A DNA stretch of 39,816 bases, from the IMG/VR virus record IMGVR_UViG_2541047807_000001, positions 1 to 39,816 of that record; one strand, 5' to 3'. The notes under the pieces were generated by a model that saw nothing but the letters and a program-made list of their open reading frames with translations, had not been told where the DNA came from and ran no database searches. The position numbers were made by a program, and so were the translations under genes. Positions within the stretch are counted from its first letter, which is position 1, and every line of letters begins with the position of its first letter. Source of the DNA: a virus (lineage: Duplodnaviria; Heunggongvirae; Uroviricota; Caudoviricetes). Positions 28,722 to 36,648 of this stretch are shown in pieces.

Positions 28722-29018
28722 TCACTCCTGTTCACTGGCCTCTTTGGCCATCTTCAAATACTGTTCAGGGCAATGCGCCATAACGCGCTGAAACAGTTCA
28801 AGCGCCAGATTGCGTTGCCCCTCATTAAATGCCATTGCCATAGCGTCCATCGGTGAGATAGCGGAAAACACACGGCCTTTCTCCAGCACCGACCAGACAA
28901 CGCGCCGCCCCTGTTCACTGCTCATGACAAAGCGAATGTCATCAATTTCACGCTGCGCCATGTCACGTTGCTTACGGGCGTTTTCTTCTTTCAGTTGATC
29001 GTCTTCGTAATCTGTCAT
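28722..29018 (-). CDS. Hypothetical protein
   Basis: 98-aa ORF coupled between the portal and scaffold genes. Confidence 0.45.
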   Translation of the reverse strand: MTDYEDDQLKEENARKQRDMAQREIDDIRFVMSSEQGRRVVWSVLEKGRVFSAISPMDAMAMAFNEGQRNLALELFQRVMAHCPEQYLKMAKEASEQE

Positions 29019-30694
29019 TGTGATTGCCCACCCTGACCACTAACTGCATTCGCCATAGCTGACAAAACACTCGGATCCGAAGTTTTAGCTTCGCTTAGCG
29101 TCTTGGCGCCCTGTGCCGCCGCCATCCCCATCGCCATCATTTGTTGCTGCTGTTGCTGCTGTGCCCGTTGCTGGCGAGCCTGCTCAACCTGTTCCTGCGG
29201 AACAATGACGGTTGGAGACACTCCGGACATATCAGCGAATGCATCGATCGCCTGATCAACGTTGAGTTTGTCGAGAGCTTCTGGTTTCGCTTGCGCAAGT
29301 TGACCAATGAAGTTGACCGTGGATGCCAGACTGGACAGGCCGATAGACTTCTGCGCCTGAGCCATGACGGAAATGTATTCGACCTTCAGGGGCATACCTT
29401 CCATCACGTCTGGCGGTGGCGGCAGCATGTTTTTACGCACCATCATCGAGAAAGAGCGATCAATGAGAGGATTAAGACATTCGTCGTTCAGGCGCTCCAG
29501 AACCGGCCCCAACATCAGAAGTTTTTCTTCTTTCATTTCGATCACCGCTTCAACAGGCATCGAGCGGGTATTGATGTTCTGCAACATCATGAACAGATCG
29601 ACAAAGTAGGCGCTGTTAATGATTTGACGAGTGTCCTGAATGTCTGCTACCAAATCTGCTGTACTGGGGTTAACCAGATAAGCAGGCCTGAAGCCATCCT
29701 GACCAGTAATCTGATCGATATACGTGATGTCGCCAGGAAGAAGGGAGGCGCGCTGATTCTTGAGGGAAGTCGGAGCAACCATCGGCGGATTGGTTGCTTT
29801 ATCAATCAACTGCGACTTGCGCTTCTGGAGAAGCTGCAATGCCTTAACAGGTCCAAGCGCCAGCATACCCGGGCATGATGATCCATAAACATCTTCGCCG
29901 TTAACTTCCCAGCGCGGAGCCATAATTGGAAACTCATCGAATCCGGACTCACGCAACAACTTGTCGTTATCGCCACCAACCTCGTAATAAACCGATTTGA
30001 ATGGCTTGTTCTTGCTATCCAGCTTCGATGTATCGCGGTCAATGTTCGGGTAAACCGAATGCATCACTTCAATCCACTTCTCGTAGGTGCCGCTTTCCCA
30101 CATGCTTTTTACGGATTCGCTGACGTTATTTAGCCCGAACTCCTGAACAAGCTGACGAACAGTCATAGAGAACTTGCGAAAACAGGTGTCCACACTGCCA
30201 CGAGGTGAGTTAGCCAGGTAGTAACTGCCTATCGGGAATGGCATTGTGCGAATGATGTCCTCGTCATCCTCCAGCACTGCCATTGCACCAGTGCTGTATG
30301 TGCCGAGGCTTCCGTATAACTGCGGCAGCGACTGATAGAGATTCGACTTATTGAACATATCGTTCATGCGGTTCTGCACGGCCTCAAGCCACAACTTAAC
30401 AGGGCCATAATCCATCATTTCAGGATCTGGCGTAGCCAGGCGAAACCACGGACGCGCGGGGCTTGTGATGCCTGACATCATGCCGCTGGCGAGAGTGCGC
30501 GCCGCCATAGTCCCGGTCGAATCAATAATGCGTGTATTGCGTCGATCGTTACGGTTGACCTCAGAAGTCAGAAAGCGGGAACCACGCGGGTTGATGTAAT
30601 CACTCAACTCGCGCCAGTGCGGCTCGAACGACTGACGCTCGCTTTCAAGTTGTGCGAACTGTTTGTTCAATCGCTCTTTAGTTGTTTCCGCCAT
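29015..30694 (-). CDS. Portal protein (podovirus head-to-tail connector type)
   Basis: 559 aa, N-terminus MAETTKERLNKQFAQLESERQSFEPHWRELSDYINP, Gln-rich C-terminal tail; size and position fit a portal. Confidence 0.8.
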   Translation of the reverse strand: MAETTKERLNKQFAQLESERQSFEPHWRELSDYINPRGSRFLTSEVNRNDRRNTRIIDSTGTMAARTLASGMMSGITSPARPWFRLATPDPEMMDYGPVKLWLEAVQNRMNDMFNKSNLYQSLPQLYGSLGTYSTGAMAVLEDDEDIIRTMPFPIGSYYLANSPRGSVDTCFRKFSMTVRQLVQEFGLNNVSESVKSMWESGTYEKWIEVMHSVYPNIDRDTSKLDSKNKPFKSVYYEVGGDNDKLLRESGFDEFPIMAPRWEVNGEDVYGSSCPGMLALGPVKALQLLQKRKSQLIDKATNPPMVAPTSLKNQRASLLPGDITYIDQITGQDGFRPAYLVNPSTADLVADIQDTRQIINSAYFVDLFMMLQNINTRSMPVEAVIEMKEEKLLMLGPVLERLNDECLNPLIDRSFSMMVRKNMLPPPPDVMEGMPLKVEYISVMAQAQKSIGLSSLASTVNFIGQLAQAKPEALDKLNVDQAIDAFADMSGVSPTVIVPQEQVEQARQQRAQQQQQQQMMAMGMAAAQGAKTLSEAKTSDPSVLSAMANAVSGQGGQSQ

Positions 30695-30708
30695 TTCAAT
30701 GACTCCGG

Positions 30709-30915
30709 TTACTGACCAAGTAGCGTTTTACCGCTGGTATTAGCGGTTGATGTGTCGCCCTGAGAACCGGTAAGCAGCGTAGAACTACGACCAGCAGCAG
30801 CGCGACGGCGACGTGTTTCTTCGTCGCGGGCATCAACAACAGCGGCATCCTGCTCCTGTGGTGCTGCCTGAACTTCTGGTGTTGCAGGCACTGATGGTGA
30901 GCTACCCATGCACAT
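30709..30915 (-). CDS. Small hypothetical protein upstream of the portal
   Basis: 68-aa low-complexity ORF with SD GGAG about 9 nt upstream. Confidence 0.3.
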   Translation of the reverse strand: MCMGSSPSVPATPEVQAAPQEQDAAVVDARDEETRRRRAAAGRSSTLLTGSQGDTSTANTSGKTLLGQ

Positions 30916-30983
30916 ATCAATGACTCCGTACGCAATTAAATTATTACCAATTTAACCACATATGATTTATTTATCGTAGATAG

Positions 30984-31020
30984 TTGACATTTAACGCACG
31001 AATTATTACCTTTCAGGTAA
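30984..31020 (+). promoter_or_regulatory. Promoter-like element with overlapping repressor operator
   Basis: TTGACA (30984-30989), 17-nt spacer, weak -10 TACCTT overlapping TTACCtttcaGGTAA (31006-31020). Reads toward the leader, tRNA and moron gene. Confidence 0.4.
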
Positions 31021-31342
31021 GCAAAGAGTTCATTCCGGTTATTAACCTGACTGGCTTGTCGTTAAATTGAACAGGTGGAGTGAGCTTTTATTTTGAGCAG
31101 TACGGCGTATGGCACATGCGCCGATAGCGGTCTGGATACGTTTAAGGGGCACCCTCCCTTGCTCGGGCAAACGAACCAGGTAGCCGGAATGTGCAAGTCG
31201 AGCGGTTTTATTCCGCGCACGGGGATTCACCATCCCGGCGATTCGGTGTGACGCCTCGGAAGAGACGAGGGTACAACGATGAGAGCATTTATGGAGCCGC
31301 GACAAAGTGTGGCGCCTTAACAGGCTAAGTGCTCTCAGCGTT

Positions 31343-31419
31343 GTGGCATTAGCTCAGTTGGACAGAGCAACCGCCTTCTAAGCGGTTGGTTGCAGGTTCG
31401 AATCCTGCATGCCACGCCA
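31343..31419 (+). tRNA. tRNA-Arg (anticodon TCT)
   Basis: Hand-folded cloverleaf: acceptor GTGGCAT/ATGCCAC, D-stem GCTC/GAGC, anticodon stem ACCGC/GCGGT with loop CTTCTAA, T-stem GCAGG/CCTGC with loop TTCGAAT, 3' GCCA. 77 nt. Confidence 0.85.
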
Positions 31420-31462
31420 GAATCACGCCTAAGGACCGTGATGCCAGAAGTTCCAGGTGCTT

Positions 31463-31506
31463 GGCGGTGATGGTTTCCCTTGAAGGACTATCACCGCCCT
31501 TTTTAC
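31463..31506 (+). terminator. Terminator-like hairpin after the tRNA
   Basis: ggcggtgatggtttcccttgaaggactatcaccgcc stem-loop followed by ctttttac. Confidence 0.45.
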
Positions 31507-31582
31507 AGCAGGACGCCATTGCGATGACTTCATGCTGTAAACCAGTACAGCCACGGAAGGCATAACTCATTGCTTCCAGTTC

Positions 31583-31606
31583 GCCCGGTTCGCCGGGCAT
31601 TTTTTT
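31583..31606 (+). terminator. Intrinsic terminator / attenuator-like hairpin immediately upstream of the moron RBS
   Basis: gcccgg-ttcg-ccgggc hairpin followed by at plus seven T, ending about 11 nt before ATG 31618 with only the RBS aaggtgag between. Confidence 0.5.
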
Positions 31607-31617
31607 AAGGTGAGATC

Positions 31618-32037
31618 ATGAAGACAATTGATATGTTGGCTAAGTATCTAAATGAATGGCCATTAAAATATTCTCGTATCGTTCAGGCTGAAGACTGCAT
31701 TTTTTATGGCGTTTTTGCTGGTAATGAAATGCATTACGAAGTAATTCAGAGTGAGGGACTGGCCGGGTTAACTCTTAGCGAAGACCATGGTACTAGCGTT
31801 ACGTTCCATGACTGGATAACAGCACAACGTTATGAAATGGAAAAAGGCGATGTGTTTGATATTTCTCGATCTGTTTACGCTAAAGCAAAAAGTGATAATG
31901 ATTACATGAGCGAACACTTATACAACATGAAGTTACAATGCCTGCATGCGGCGCTTATTCAGAATGGGCACTTCGATAAAACAAGTGCCATCAATATTGC
32001 GGAAGCCATCAACGCTGGATTTAATGCCATTAAGTAA
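31618..32037 (+). CDS. Hypothetical moron protein (AT-rich, opposite orientation inside the late operon)
   Basis: 139-aa ORF with RBS aaggtgag; AT-rich; followed by a palindrome and terminator. Confidence 0.55.
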   Translation: MKTIDMLAKYLNEWPLKYSRIVQAEDCIFYGVFAGNEMHYEVIQSEGLAGLTLSEDHGTSVTFHDWITAQRYEMEKGDVFDISRSVYAKAKSDNDYMSEHLYNMKLQCLHAALIQNGHFDKTSAINIAEAINAGFNAIK

Positions 32038-32057
32038 CACCGTGACATGTCACAAAC

Positions 32058-32084
32058 AGCCAGCCGATGAGCTGGCTTTGTTTT
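32058..32084. terminator. Bidirectional rho-independent terminator between the moron and large terminase
   Basis: agccagc-cgatga-gctggct hairpin flanked by AAA on one side and TTTGTTTT on the other. Confidence 0.55.
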
Positions 32085-32127
32085 ATCCTCATCAGAGGAT
32101 ATCAACGACATTATCCCCACCAGCGGA

Positions 32128-33603
32128 TTAAGCATAGGGATCGTAATCTGTGATGGCCTTGCCTTGCTGGTTCTGCTGCCCGGGAATTCGCAGACGCTTC
32201 GACACAGGGAACGCAAACGTCAGCAGTAGCGCATCGCCTTTACCCGGCGAACGCCCAAGCCGCTCCTTGATATCTTCCTTCGGTTCGATAACGATTTTAC
32301 CGTCCACGCGAACTTTGTACTCTGCCGCCGACAGGTCGTCTGCTGTTTCCTGGTCATCCAGCATGCCGCCCAGCCTCAGCCATGTCTTGCATGAATTGAA
32401 CATCTCCCCACGCTTGTTAAGCATCTGCGGGTCAGTAGACGCGCCACCGAACGGAACAAGTTGCCATGTACGACCCCAGCCATCACCGATTGACTTCAGA
32501 CCAGTTCCGTAACCGAAGTCGATGAACACTGCGTCAGCCTGGTACTGGTCTTCAAAGTCAGCGATACGCTTCGCCATAATCAGATCGTCGGTAGTCTTGT
32601 TGCCAGTCCACAGCACCTTACTGTGTAGCCCCTGCCGTAGGTATATCACCGCGTCATCAACGCCTGAATATGCCGGGTCAACACCGATTATCACCGGAGC
32701 ATGCGCCACCTGCGCAGCGGTTACCACCCGTTTCATTGCCTCATCAGTAAGACCGGTAGGGATAAACTGCAATTCAGATGCATCAGGGAATATGCCGCGC
32801 ACACGGATTTTAACGAAGTCGCTGTCTTCCCCGTAGTCATCAACCCATTTCTGCAACTGCTGTTTGTTAGTGCCTTCCACCGTCCGGCTGTCAATCTGCG
32901 CAGTTTTCCAGCGGTGTTTATATTTGCGGAAACATTCGCGGAAACGCCCGGTGTTACGTGTAGGGTTTCCGAACGCCACCCAGATAATCTCAGTGTCTTC
33001 GTCCGTAAGCGCACCCTCAGCAACTTCCCACACCAGATCCGCAATGTTCGACGCTTCATCGAATACCACGATGATGCGTTTGCGCTCGTTGTGTAGTCCG
33101 GCAAATGCCTCAGTGTTGTGCTCAGACCAGGGGATTGCGTCAGCTCGCCAACGCTTGTCGTGCCCAGGGTCATTGCTGTACATCGCGGTAGCGGTACAGG
33201 TAAACCAGTCTTTCGTGATAGCAAGGTTCGACCACTTGATAATTTCCGGCCAGGTCTTCGTTCGTAGCTGGTTGTCGGTGTTGGCAGTCACCACGACCTT
33301 ACAATCCTCGCAAGTGGACATGCCCCAGTTGATCAACATTGAGATGAATGCTGATTTACCAATACCGTGACCCGAAGCACGTGCCAGCATAAGCGGCTGA
33401 TAGCGCGTCTCGGGATTCTGCAGGTGATCACGTATCTCTCGGAACGCATCAGCCTGCCACTGACGTGGGCCGGTAGCATGTGCCAGTTCAGTCCCCTCTT
33501 CCCCCCACGGGAACGCATAGAGGGAATAGCCAAGCGGATCGTGAGTGAACCCTGCAATATCCTCGATCAATTGCTCTTCAGGAGATAACGCTGTATCTGT
33601 CAC
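32128..33603 (-). CDS. Terminase large subunit
   Basis: 491 aa. Walker A-like GHGIGKS near the N-terminus with VVFDEASNI (Walker B-like), and a C-terminal nuclease-like region. Follows the small terminase with overlapping start. Confidence 0.85.
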   Translation of the reverse strand: MTDTALSPEEQLIEDIAGFTHDPLGYSLYAFPWGEEGTELAHATGPRQWQADAFREIRDHLQNPETRYQPLMLARASGHGIGKSAFISMLINWGMSTCEDCKVVVTANTDNQLRTKTWPEIIKWSNLAITKDWFTCTATAMYSNDPGHDKRWRADAIPWSEHNTEAFAGLHNERKRIIVVFDEASNIADLVWEVAEGALTDEDTEIIWVAFGNPTRNTGRFRECFRKYKHRWKTAQIDSRTVEGTNKQQLQKWVDDYGEDSDFVKIRVRGIFPDASELQFIPTGLTDEAMKRVVTAAQVAHAPVIIGVDPAYSGVDDAVIYLRQGLHSKVLWTGNKTTDDLIMAKRIADFEDQYQADAVFIDFGYGTGLKSIGDGWGRTWQLVPFGGASTDPQMLNKRGEMFNSCKTWLRLGGMLDDQETADDLSAAEYKVRVDGKIVIEPKEDIKERLGRSPGKGDALLLTFAFPVSKRLRIPGQQNQQGKAITDYDPYA

Positions 33604-34196
33604 TGATTGCCATCCTGACGTTCTTTCAGTCTCTTCCTGGCTGCCGCTATGCGATCAGCAATTGTCACATTCACATTAACATCCAGGCGTTCTTTGAATG
33701 CATTGACATCGACGTGCTTACCAATCAGCTCAAGGTTCTTCACCTTGTCAGGCCATTTAATTTTTTTGAGGATTGTCTCTATCGAATCCTCGTTCATGTT
33801 CATGATGGTCGATGACAGATCAAAGCCGCTAAGCGTAGTGCGCCAGATTTTCGGCCACTCGCGGATTGGCTTAAGGCTCCCATCGTCGTTGAGGATGTCG
33901 ATCACGTCCATCTGGTCGATCTCCACCAGGCGCATGAGAACGTAATCAGCACTGACGCGCATTCGTTTGTTGCGCTCCTCCATCAACTCGGCAATCCGTT
34001 TTTGAATGCGTTCATCGCGCATCATGACACTGGCTTTAACTGCCGCTGTATTTGGGGAGAATCCTGCATTAATCGCTGCCTGAGTCTGGTTTTCAGGCGT
34101 TTTGATGTATGACTGGCAATAAGCCTCCTGCATTGCTGTTAGTGGCTTAAATTGCGTTGATTTGCGTTTATAGGTTTTAGGTTCAGCAGGCATCAT
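33600..34196 (-). CDS. Terminase small subunit
   Basis: MPAEPKTYKRKSTQFKPLTAMQEAYCQSYIKTPENQTQAAINAGFSPNTAAVKAS is a small-terminase N-terminal pattern. Start ATG at 34196 or 34193; the longer ORF-track start includes 5' UTR repeats. Confidence 0.65.
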   Translation of the reverse strand: MMPAEPKTYKRKSTQFKPLTAMQEAYCQSYIKTPENQTQAAINAGFSPNTAAVKASVMMRDERIQKRIAELMEERNKRMRVSADYVLMRLVEIDQMDVIDILNDDGSLKPIREWPKIWRTTLSGFDLSSTIMNMNEDSIETILKKIKWPDKVKNLELIGKHVDVNAFKERLDVNVNVTIADRIAAARKRLKERQDGNQ

Positions 34197-34313
34197 AACC
34201 ACCGTGGTAATAGTTACCGTTGTGGTAATAGTACCATGCAAAATAAAGCCGCCATAGTTGGCGGCAGTATTCAAAACCATCAAATTCATCATGCATAATC
34301 TACTCGTGACATG

Positions 34314-34655
34314 TCACACTATTAATTTCGTTTCATGCCAGCCTTTAGTCACCCAGCATTGCGAGTCACCATTACACGGGCATGAATTAACGGGAACTCT
34401 CTCGCCGCACTTACCGCAACATTTTCTGCTGATCGATTTTATACGCCCGCGCACGCGTGCATCATCCTGGCGGATCAGTAACGCTATATACTCACCAAAT
34501 TCGTAAGGCGCACGCCCGGGGCGACGCGTGGCACAGTTACGCTCCAGCATTTCAATTTCCTGAGCATCAAGCACAATTTCCAGCTTACGCACACCAGATG
34601 CAGCTTGTCTGGCTCTCTGAGCGGCTTTGCGCTCTGCTGCTGATTTAGCCATCAA
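34314..34655 (-). CDS. Hypothetical protein with Cys-rich C-terminus
   Basis: 113 aa ending in CCGKCGERVPVNSCPCNGDSQC; last gene before the late operon. Confidence 0.45.
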   Translation of the reverse strand: MMAKSAAERKAAQRARQAASGVRKLEIVLDAQEIEMLERNCATRRPGRAPYEFGEYIALLIRQDDARVRGRIKSISRKCCGKCGERVPVNSCPCNGDSQCWVTKGWHETKLIV

Positions 34656-34926
34656 TATTCACCTTTATCGCGAATACCTTTACCGGTTTATCGCCGAAGT
34701 GCGGATGTGTGATTGTCTTGATTTCATATCCGTCATACGGAACATCAATTCTACGGCTGGAATCGTCGCGCTTCGGATATCCCTTTGTGATAATCAGGCG
34801 GTCATACTCCCGGAACATAATTCGCTTATTCCAGTAGTCATTACACAGGCGATACTCTTCCGTTTTCTCTCCGCGAATCATGGCATCGAAGTATTCACCT
34901 TTGACGGCAAGTTGCAGGTTAGCCAC
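34645..34926 (-). CDS. ASCH-domain-like protein
   Basis: N-terminal GEKTEEYR matches the ASCH GxKxxExR signature; 93 aa. Confidence 0.45.
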   Translation of the reverse strand: MANLQLAVKGEYFDAMIRGEKTEEYRLCNDYWNKRIMFREYDRLIITKGYPKRDDSSRRIDVPYDGYEIKTITHPHFGDKPVKVFAIKVNIDG

Positions 34927-35512
34927 GGTTAACCTCCTGCGGCGGTTCTGGTAGCGGCATCCAGTGGGTTACCTCTTTGAGATACAGGTCTTCGCCACCA
35001 CCGTCATCCCAAGTGGGATTGCCATCATTAAACCAGTCGCCATATACGCCGACCTGAGTGTTGGGGATGTTTGGTGGGTAGTTGTTTTTAAAGTCAGCCG
35101 CTAACACATAGCATTGTCGCTCTCCCATTTCTGGCATTAGCTCACTACAGCTTATCCAACCATCCGGAGTTACCGGAGAGTTGCCATTTATATCGAAGTT
35201 TGGTTCTGCGTCCTGAACCAGGAGGATGTAACCATTCTTGGCAGTATCAAGTTCTAACGCCTCGGTGACGGTACCGAAATAGCGATTACCTAAATCCGCA
35301 TCACAAGTGCTTACATCAATGGAAACCTCCATGCCTTCGATTAATTCTGGCAAGTTGTAAGTTTGGCTTACAGGCTCTGCTTCCAGCGATACCAGTGCAA
35401 TTCGTGCCAGTTCTTCCGCTTCTTCTGCTGGCAGTACAACGTTGCTATCAGGTCCGTATGTTTCGCGCCACTGCTTGATTGTCAGCAGTCGCTCTTTGGT
35501 AATAGTGATCAT
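34919..35512 (-). CDS. DUF551-like early protein; N-terminal module shared with the gene at 36026..36439
   Basis: First ~45 aa (MITITKERLLTIKQWRETYGPDSNVVLPAEEAEELARIAL) nearly identical to the paralogue; C-terminal PDGWISCSELMPE segment. Confidence 0.5.
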   Translation of the reverse strand: MITITKERLLTIKQWRETYGPDSNVVLPAEEAEELARIALVSLEAEPVSQTYNLPELIEGMEVSIDVSTCDADLGNRYFGTVTEALELDTAKNGYILLVQDAEPNFDINGNSPVTPDGWISCSELMPEMGERQCYVLAADFKNNYPPNIPNTQVGVYGDWFNDGNPTWDDGGGEDLYLKEVTHWMPLPEPPQEVNRG

Positions 35513-36024
35513 GCCGCGTTTCCTTCTTTCTTATTAACAATTACACCGTCATATATTTCATTAAGGTGCCCTCTCAACTCCATGCGCCTTAATGCAGATA
35601 ACATGTAATCGCATTCAACCTGCTTATTCCCAATAAAAGGTTTATCTTCAGGGTTACCCCAACAGCAATTACCCTTGGGCCACCCATGTACTTTCCGTAC
35701 TCTTCCGTTAACAACGTGAAGTAATCCCCAGCCAGGTGGTAAATCCTCAATTGAAATAATTCCCGGCTCACTAATAAAGAATCGCCAGTCGCCCATTCCA
35801 AGAGACGGATTTTTACGAAAACGCTTTTTTCTATCTGCCAACAAGTCAGCACGAGAACACTTCGCCTCTATCAGGCATGATGCTGAATTTCTGAATCCCA
35901 TAGCATCTGGCTGTTCTCCGGTACTGGTTACAGCAACAAAGCGGTCATGAAAGCAAACCTTGAACCCGTTGCGCTTAAGGAACTTGTACGCAATCTGACA
36001 GAGTTCGTGGTGTGTTAACGCCAT
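35509..36024 (-). CDS. Putative PD-(D/E)XK-fold nuclease-like protein
   Basis: GEQPDAMGF...CLIEAKCS fits a PD-x(n)-E-x-K arrangement. Strong RBS AAGGAG before ATG 36024. Confidence 0.4.
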   Translation of the reverse strand: MALTHHELCQIAYKFLKRNGFKVCFHDRFVAVTSTGEQPDAMGFRNSASCLIEAKCSRADLLADRKKRFRKNPSLGMGDWRFFISEPGIISIEDLPPGWGLLHVVNGRVRKVHGWPKGNCCWGNPEDKPFIGNKQVECDYMLSALRRMELRGHLNEIYDGVIVNKKEGNAA

Positions 36025-36025
36025 A

Positions 36026-36439
36026 TCACTCTCCTTTACCCTGAAGCATGGCGGCGCGGCAGGCGTTCCATATTTCGGCAGCAATATCGCGCTCGCTATC
36101 GGTTAATTTGTACGTTGAAACATAGCCAGAGAGCATTTCTACGTTTTCCGGAGTTGCTTCTTCAGGCACTACCGGTGCTGGAGGGGCGGCGTAAATGCCC
36201 TCTATCACTAAATGTTTGCGCTCAAAATCATCTGGCTCTCGATGATATACGTAACTCCAATCACCAAGGTTATCATTGCGCCTGCAACGGAAACCTATCG
36301 GCTCGACTTCCAGCGCTGCCAGAGCAATCCGCGCCAGTTCTTCCGCTTCTTCTGCTGGCAGTACAACGTTGCTACCAGGTCCGTATGTTTCGCGCCACTG
36401 CTTGATTGTCAGCAGTCGTTCTCTGGTAATAGTTGTCAT
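36026..36439 (-). CDS. Hypothetical early protein; N-terminal module shared with the gene at 34919..35512
   Basis: MTTITRERLLTIKQWRETYGPGSNVVLPAEEAEELARIALAAL, then a divergent C-terminus. Confidence 0.5.
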   Translation of the reverse strand: MTTITRERLLTIKQWRETYGPGSNVVLPAEEAEELARIALAALEVEPIGFRCRRNDNLGDWSYVYHREPDDFERKHLVIEGIYAAPPAPVVPEEATPENVEMLSGYVSTYKLTDSERDIAAEIWNACRAAMLQGKGE

Positions 36440-36449
36440 TTGTTATGCC

Positions 36450-36647
36450 TCAATACACAAAATCTGTTTTAAATTCATGGTTACATTCTGGACAGCATGT
36501 TTCGTAACCTTTTATTTCTTCACATGCCTGTTTAGCTCCAGAAAACTCCCAGAAATCTGGATCACAAAGCAGATCGAAATTGTGACCACATTTGGGACAT
36601 TCGGTATCAAGTGACAGACTCCAGTAGGCAGTGATGTTTTTATCCAT
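36450..36647 (-). CDS. Small zinc-ribbon protein
   Basis: CPKCGH ... CCPECNH pairs of Cys motifs. Same 17-nt translation initiation region as the nuclease-like gene. Confidence 0.45.
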   Translation of the reverse strand: MDKNITAYWSLSLDTECPKCGHNFDLLCDPDFWEFSGAKQACEEIKGYETCCPECNHEFKTDFVY

Positions 36648-36648
36648 A

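Noticed and set aside
28009-30042. Plus-strand ORFs antisense to the scaffold and portal genes (28009..28590, 29141..29878 and others)
   Set aside because: They lie entirely within well-supported minus-strand structural genes and lack RBS; typical antisense artefacts.
12690-31260. Shared short motifs (GGGCACC, GTAGCCGG, TTCACCA) between the antirepressor leader and the tRNA leader, as evidence of a common RNA element
   Set aside because: Spacing between the motifs differs (22 vs 33 nt, 21 vs 45 nt) and 7-8-mers of this kind are expected by chance in 40 kb.
31042-31305. Minus-strand ORF of 87 codons upstream of the tRNA
   Set aside because: Arg-rich low-complexity translation, no RBS, antisense to the plus-strand promoter/tRNA unit; more likely non-coding structured DNA.
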